In this document: piece after piece, positions 56,641-64,000 of the stretch
Layout: every line of letters starts with the position of its first letter
Numbering within the stretch: position 1 is the stretch's first letter
Position numbers and translations under genes: made by a program
The notes under the pieces: generated by a model
Database searches by the model: none
The model's input: the letters and a program-made list of their open reading frames with translations, nothing else
Told to the model about the DNA's origin: nothing
NCBI RefSeq assembly: GCF_009914755.1
Contig: NC_060938.1
Source: the human T2T-CHM13v2.0 reference genome, Homo sapiens
Reading direction: 5' to 3' (one strand)
Length of the DNA: 64,000 bases

Positions 56641-57231
56641 TGAATTGGAAGGGTTCTCCAGAAAAAACAGAATGAAAAGCATAAATAGATAGATGATAGA
56701 TTAGAGAGGTAGGTAGGTGGGTAGGTAGGTAGGTAGGTAGTTAGGTATATGGATAGACAGAAGAAAGGGGATTTCTTAGGGGAATGGCTCACATAAATGC
56801 GGAGGCTAAGAAGTCCCACAATGTGCTGTGTACAAGCTGGAGAACCAGAGAAGATGGCAGCATGATTCAACTCAAGTCTGAAGGCTTGAGACACTAGGGG
56901 CCCATGGGTGCAGGTCCCAGAGTGCAAGAGCCAAATAACCTGAAGTTCTAATATCCAAGGGCAGGAGAAAATGGTTATTTTTGCTTCAGAAGAGAAAAAG
57001 CCTGTTTGCAAATTCATCTCTCCTCCACCTTTTTTGTTCTATCTGGGTCCTTAGGAGTTGTAAGGTGCCCACCCACGTGAAGTGAGGGTGAAACTTCCTT
57101 ACTCAGTCCACTGACTCAAATGTCAATCTCTTACAGAAACACCCTCACAGACATACCTAGAAATAGTGCTCTGCCAGGTATCTGGGCATCCCTCAATTCA
57201 GTAGAGTTGACACCTATCATTAACCATCACA
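56641..57231 (-). mobile_element. MLT2 (B/C/D-type) ERVL solo LTR containing a (TAGG)n tract
   Basis: tgaattggaagggttctccaga ... cattaaccatcaca; 5-bp TSD gtagc/atagc. Confidence 0.9.
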
Positions 57232-57355
57232 ATAGCTACTCATTTGTTTCTGTATTGTCTATATCTGCGTTTGCACCACAGTGACAGAACTAAGTAGTGG
57301 CATTATATACCATATGTACTACAAAGCCTAAAATATTTATTATCTGGCCCGTTAT

Positions 57356-57381
57356 ACACACAGACACACACACACACACAT

Positions 57382-57419
<38 letters not shown>
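57356..57419. repeat. Interrupted (CA)n microsatellite
   Basis: Read directly. Confidence 0.95.
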
Positions 57420-57421
<2 letters not shown>

Positions 57422-60400
57422 TGACCCCTGCATAACAAGCCTATACAAGCATTATTTCATTTTTTTATGGAATGTACCTTTGTTTGATTTACCATTGAAT
57501 ATTGATTGGAAGCAGATTCCTTGAAGTTACAGGCAAAGATATAGATTTTTTTGTCATTAGAGATGCAAAGGATTTCTGTCAGTTGGAGAATATTACCCCG
57601 AAGGATGTTTTAATTGCTCTATGAGACCTTGAGTAATTTGTGCTCCAGCTTAACAAATTTATGTAGCATTCTTTTCTCCACTCACTATGAAGATTTCATC
57701 ACATATTTTGAAGAACTTTACACCTTGCTAATTCTCTCTTTAATAAGTTATAAAAAACTTTGTCTAATGTCCAGTCTACATATATACAATAGCTATATTT
57801 TTAACTTTTTGAAAATTATACTTTTATACCTGAAAGTATATTGTTTTTTGTGACTGTAAAATACATAGTCTGTAATAACAACTTGACCCTAAATAATGCA
57901 CCCCATAAATAACAAATTGTTTTTTCAGTCAACTGTTTTATTGTTAAGACTTAAACCTATTTATTTCAGTCTTTCCATTGTGTTTGATTCAAAGCGCCAC
58001 CTTCTTCCACTAAGAAATAGCATTGGCTCAGAGTCTTGGAGAGGTAAGTTTGTAATATGCTTTCCCACACTGCCACTATTATCTCTTGGTCTCTTGTGCT
58101 TCTGGCTTTAGGGAATAATAAAGCGAAAGGAGGGAGTTAAATTTAGTTACATGTGCCCCCTATGAGTGGGTGTTGCTAGATTTTTATAGTTTAGAATATG
58201 AACAGACCCAGTAGGTAGTGCCAAGGCTGCTAATTCCCTTTTTAATTAGTCTTCATTCTATTGGTCATCAACAACAGAGGATGTGCGGTTGATGCAAACT
58301 TAATCTTAAACATACTCTCAACACTTATCAGCTGACCTAGCCCCCATCGTCATCTAATTTGCTTGTCTCTTTCTCCCTTACAACTCACTCTAGTCCCTTG
58401 CAAGTCTGTAGATCTCAAATATTCAACTCACATATATCTTTAGAACCAAGAACATGAGGAAGTAAGGATGATGTGACTAATATCTCTGCATTAGTTCTGC
58501 ACTAGCCAGATAGCAAGTCTGAAGGGTAAACAGTCAATATGCTGTAGGGCACAGAAGACTCTTCTCTCCTTCAAATACTCACACATTATTCCAGAATTCC
58601 CTCTTATCTCTCCTTTTCATGGTCAAGGAAAAGAGCCAATCTAATGTCCGCAATTCTCTTCCAAGAAGAGAACTCGGGAGAGAAAAAACATTGTATGGCA
58701 AAAACTGAGGTACTACTGTCAAAATAAAACTCCTTTTTATGTTTCCCTCCTCACTTTTGACATTTCTTTTCAATGTTTTCAAACCAGTACAGAATCTTTG
58801 GTACCTGGGTTTGTGGGAGTGGAACATACCAATAACCACGCCCTTTTTGAGTTTAGCCTTAGAGCTGCTAATGGCATTTTTCTCAGTAGTATGCACCGAT
58901 CATTCTTTAAAATCTCAAACAGAACTTTGACTCATGCTCTTAACTAAGATATAAACTGTTTTGTATGAGGACATTCCTATTATATTAGGTCAGAGAAGCA
59001 ACTGAGCAGAGTTTTGGAAGCCTTACTGAAGTGGAAGAAGTTAACATTTCTCAAAGACAGCAAAATATGCTAAGGTTGTACAAGAAGCATGATGAGAAAT
59101 ACATGTCTCCAACGTTTTCTGAGCTTTGTTTTACATATTAGACATGAGGAACTAGTAGAAACAGCTTTTCTGCTCTTGTAGTTAAGGAGAATGGGAAATT
59201 TAAACCATATGAGAAGAATGTACAATTCACAGATAGTTCTAAGTTTTAAATATATTACTTGGTCAAAACAAATGCCGTACACTTAGAGGAAGCCCTGGAA
59301 GTTCATTGGGTAAGCCCTTTCTTCCCTCTAAGATGGACAGAAATGCAACTGGCCCAAAAGCTCTCCTAAGCCTCAGGGAGCCTAAATGACTTGATTTAAC
59401 GTACTGCCAAACCAACCGGAAGATAACATGGTAGATGGCTCCGATAGCTCCAGAGAAATGGTTACAGAATCACAAATCATCTCACCAGGCTTTTCACTAG
59501 GTTGTTTTTGTTTTTCTATTGTATTGCTCTAAATCAAGGAGTTGAAATAGTACCTCACTGTCTATAAGTTTATTTAGTTATATTATGTATGTAAAGATAT
59601 ATTTTCATTGCTAGTAAATAAATACGATCCAAATATATATGCTTAGAAAGTTTGCAGTCTATTTATTAGCAAATATCACTGCCCCATCAAACCCACTCTA
59701 AAATTATTAATAATAAAAGCTCATACTCAAAAGCATATGTTTTGAAATTTCAGTCCTTCATGAGTGATCACAAATGTCACTTGAAGATACCAATTAAATT
59801 TAAAAAATAGATTTACATGGGTGCAATCTCTTTTTCAGAAAATGATTAAATTGAAAAATACATGAATAGAATTTAAATAATTCACATCTATTCAACAAAT
59901 ACAGACCACTTAATGTATGCTAATAATGGTTACATATTTTAATATTTTGTTTTAAGCACATAGTACAAACAAATATAATCTTAAGAAATATTTTTAACAT
60001 GTCACAGTAATTTTGAAATTCCAGACACTATAACTAATATTTATAATACTTATTTACTTATTTATTATTATAAACAATAAGATTGTTACTAAGACATTAC
60101 TTTTAAAAACAATGTATATATGTGTTTGGTGGGATAATATGCCCATATTTATTTGTTGCACTCCATTATTAAATGCAATTTTTAATTAAAAAAGAGTAAT
60201 TTCAATATTTTTGCTTCATTTAAACTTCTAAAACATCCCTTGAATATAGTAATTAGATTAGGCTATGAAGCAATTGAGTGAAAATAATTTTATTAAAATT
60301 AAAACATATAATTGAATTAAATCATACCAATTGAAGCTCATTCTACTTTCCAGCACTGAAACGATATCTACTTATTTATAGTTTTCTTTCTAAAATCTAT

Positions 60401-60832
60401 TGTATACAATTAAATTATAGGCAAATATAACACACACAGAAGCTTCCAATGCAGCGTGCCCTTGTGCTTTTCCAGTAACTTGACAATTTGTGTTGACTAC
60501 AGTAAAGCATCTATTACCTGTAATTGATCTTTTACATATGAATTGCCACTCAGAAAGCTTTTACCCTCAGTACATGAAGAATTTTAAAATTAGCCTGATG
60601 ATAGCATCTGAACAATATAGTTCAAGTGGTTAAAACCCTTATGCATCCCCAGTGGAAGTGATAAAATAAGATTTTTTTTGAACCAGTTATTGATTCCTAG
60701 AAATTAACTGTAAAAAGAGTTAACAATGTTTCTGTCCTAAAAATAGCAGTAAAAAAGTTACGCACAGTCTAATTGTGTATGTTTTAAAGTTTACCTGTTA
60801 AAGGGATTTAAGTGTGTTTTTATATAATTTGC

Positions 60833-61157
60833 TTTTTATTTTTTATTTAAGAGACAGTATCTTGCTCTGTCACCCAGGCTGGAGTGCAGCGGCGATATCA
60901 TAGCTCACTGTAACCTCAAACTACTAGGCTCAAGTTATTCTCCACTTCAGCCTCCCATGTAGCTAGGACTACAGTCCTGTGCCACAATGCCTGGCTAATT
61001 TTTCAAATTTTTTGTAGAGACAGATTCTCACTAAGTCACCCAGTCTGGCCTGGAACCCCTAGCCTGAAGCCATTCCCCACCTCACCCAACTACCACCTCA
61101 GCCTGCCTTAGCCTCCCAAAGCACTGACATTACAGGTATGAGCCACTGTATCCAGTC
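60833..61157 (-). mobile_element. AluJ, antisense, highly diverged
   Basis: 'atcatagctcactgtaacctcaaac...ggctcaag', 'ttttttgtagagac'; TSD tatataatt / tatatactt; ~24-nt C-rich insert near 61078-61101. Confidence 0.92.
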
Positions 61158-61649
61158 TATATACTTATTATTGAAAACACCAACTTCTTATAAAGATATT
61201 TTCAAAACATATTTTAATGAGCATTAGTCTTGAGTGTTTTAATATTTTCACCTGAAATATAAGCTAGAATATCTCTCAGAGGCCGCAATTAAAATAATTC
61301 TTGCTTTTCTGGCATAGTAAATACTTTTGAATCTTGCTGTTAACTCTCTGATGTCAGAGCCACACTGATATTTAAAGTTTTTTTAATTAAAGTTTTTTTC
61401 TTTGTCCTTTCTTTTTTAACCCCTTCTCCTATTAAAATCTTTCACTTAGCCTTAGAGCACAGAATAATTAAGTGTTGGTATGATACCAACATAAAAATTT
61501 AAATTGACTTTTTCTTTAGATTAGTTTGCTATCATGTAAATTGCAGTCCCTTGTCAATTTGTGTAAAGTAGACATTATTTTTTCAATGTCTTGAGGACAC
61601 ATTGGCCTTGTTTTACAAAAAAATGGGCATGGCAGCTGACATGTTGCAG

Positions 61650-61677
61650 GTTTGTTTGTTTGTTTGTTTGTTTGTTT
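61650..61677. repeat. (GTTT)n microsatellite
   Basis: About 7 units read directly. Confidence 0.9.
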
Positions 61678-64000
61678 TGTCTTGGCTGAAGATCAAATCT
61701 CTGCAATCTACCCAAAAGTGGATATTAACAATGTTATAAACATCTAAGAAATGACACTGGTTAGGCATCAGAATGAGAAAGCACATAAAGATGCCAGTGG
61801 ATACTCTTGAAACAGATACATTTTTAAATTACAAATGAAATGTAACTGCCCTATATTGTATGTTCTCAAAGCAGGAGAATTGATATTAAATAGTATGTGA
61901 TTCGCCCGAGATGCCAGCTTCTCAGAACTCCCAAAATCCTCTCTGGGATGCCCCTTGGCTGATGACATAGCACACGTGGAATAAAATTATGCCATAAACA
62001 CGAAAAAGCCTCTATTCTCATTTTTTGGATTCTCTTGTTTATCCCCTCCAGACCCTTCTTGCCTTCTTTAAACTGGCCTGCTTTCTATACATAATTCTGA
62101 ATAAAATTCTGAGTGTTTAATGAGAGGCAGAGAGAATTTTTGAACAATTTCCAAGGCATCATACATTTTTACTATTTCTTAGTAGAGTCTAACCTGGGTC
62201 CTGCTGGAGGCCATATCAAACTTTAAAAAACCCTGACATATTTTGATCTACAGGATAGGGCTCTTTGATGCGGATCATAAAAATATTGGTTGGATGAAGA
62301 TAACTTTTTAAACTGAATTTGGTAAAATCAACAATAATATAGATATAGGTTTAATTGAAATTTAACTCTTATGAAATCTATCTCCTACAAAATTTGTGTA
62401 TTTGGTATTTTCCTGCATCACCAACAAGCACTTAGCATAGCATAATTTGTGCATAAATGCTCTTAATCTTGATGAAGAAGTGAGAGAAAAGATTATTATT
62501 ACCAGTCTGTCACCATGTCCTTAAATCAGACTTCTAAATTATTTTGCCCTTTGTTTCTCTGCCTAATTGAGATAATGAACACACCAGGCATCCAGGCATG
62601 ACTAAGAGTATGTGGTAGGAATAGAGGGTTTGTGTGTATGTTCAAAACCAGCTGAGACAGGTGAGTTAAGAAACAACATTTTGAACAGTGACTCTTCAAA
62701 ATCTCATCCATACTCCTAGAAGCTTGCACTTTTTTTTAAAACTAAGAATATGCAAATTAGAGCTTTATCTTTTTGGAATGATATTAAAGAGAGATAAGCC
62801 CACAAGTGTTGGGTCCCAAAGAGGTGTCAGACAAAGCTGTATTTTGTTTCAAATTGTTGCTTTTTTGTTTAGTTTCAAACATTCATGTTAAACTGCAATA
62901 ATAGAAGCTCAGCAAAGGTAGGAAGGCAAGATATAAGAGACCAAACCTTGAGTCCTAATATTAAAATTTATTTGGATGGAGAACGAGGCACAAAAATATT
63001 CAGTTTTTTCCAGCAAAGCAAAATTTATGATTATCTATCTCATGAAAATGTGATGGAAGTAGATGCTGATAATTTTCTGTAGAATAAGGCAAGGTGCCCA
63101 GAAATTATCTGCAGAGGGAGTATTATTACATATTTAACACAACACATTTTTATTGAATTGTGTGTGGCATTTGTATTATTTTCTTGACTGACAGAAGCCT
63201 TCTAATATCTGTCAGCTTCATGTCCACTGTGATTTTGCAAACCCTATATGTGGCTAGTAAGAACTCCAGTATTTCCAATGTGGTATCGCCCAACAAATTA
63301 GGTATTCCTAGGCCTCAGCAATACCCCTGAGAATGGATCTTCCATAGTGAAAGAACAGAGAGCTTGGATCATTCTAGAGAAGTCAGAGAAGAAGGGTGTC
63401 AGAGTTTATTAGTTGGTTCTCTCTTCATGAGAGGAAAAAAAATAGACAACCAGGTTCAAGGGGTAGTGCAGGGAAAAAAATAAAATACACCTAAAAAAAG
63501 AGTTTAGGTAGAGAGAAAAAGAAGATGATAGGACTGAAAAGGTACAAAAGAAATATCTGGACTTTCAATTCAAAAAAATTACTAAGGTCAGCTCTGACCT
63601 TGGGTAATGATTATTGTCTGTCCCCCACCTCACCCCAACAAAGAAAATCTTATCATTATTTTATCTTAACAAAAGTTTCAGTTTCATACCTCCTTCTAGA
63701 ATCTTCTTTATAAAACAGCCTGTAGGAAATGCTATTAGTGCATAGGCAAGCAGGTTTCTATTTAGAAACCTTCTGCAGCAGTGCCATTATGTGTCAGCAG
63801 AAATGAACAGCCTAAGCAAGGTTAATTTTTAGAAACCGGCTAATGCAGAAATATGAGTAAAAGAACTTGGAATGTGATAAGACTTCATGTGGAAATGAAG
63901 CCCTGCAATAAAGAAACTTAAACCTCTGACAATAAAAATACATCATGGCAAACATAAAATAGATTAATAGAAAAAGGAAATAAAGGAGAAGAAGAATACT

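Larger units (their letters stand above)
56453..57430. mobile_element. MER58B-like hAT-Charlie element split by an MLT2 LTR and a (CA)n repeat
   Basis: 'ggccaaatctggcctaccacctgttttt...aaaattttattgaaa' resumes as 'actcatttgttt...caaagcctaaaatatttattatctggccc...gacccctg'. Confidence 0.85.

Noticed and set aside
58579-58896. 105-aa minus-strand ORF in non-repeat DNA
   Set aside because: No domain, splice or codon evidence; length is compatible with chance.

Overview
AT-rich, CpG-poor primate (human-like) DNA that is mostly transposable-element relics. I see no intact host protein-coding gene, tRNA/rRNA or CpG island. The ORF-track entries are decayed L1 ORF1/ORF2 pieces, Alu/LTR read-throughs or chance ORFs. 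Main contents: three near-full-length dead L1s, all on the + strand (two L1PB-type, ~9.66-17.03 kb and ~21.77-28.53 kb; one L1PA13-16-type, ~36.05-43.06 kb); nine Alus; two partial class III (ERV-L-like) proviruses; several solo LTRs (MLT2 x2, MST, THE1, LTR27-like); DNA-transposon fossils; microsatellites. Most notable: (1) a ~650-bp imperfect palindrome made of two abutting inverted MER2 copies; (2) a MER70/MER76-like provirus with an ERV-L-type pol followed by a gamma-type env TM remnant; (3) several fold-back/templated-insertion scars; (4) a THE1 LTR with a consensus DUX4 site and splice donor upstream of strong + strand exon candidates. All subfamily names come from recalled consensus sequences and need RepeatMasker/Dfam confirmation. 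I cannot support a claim of a wholly new biological system from sequence alone.
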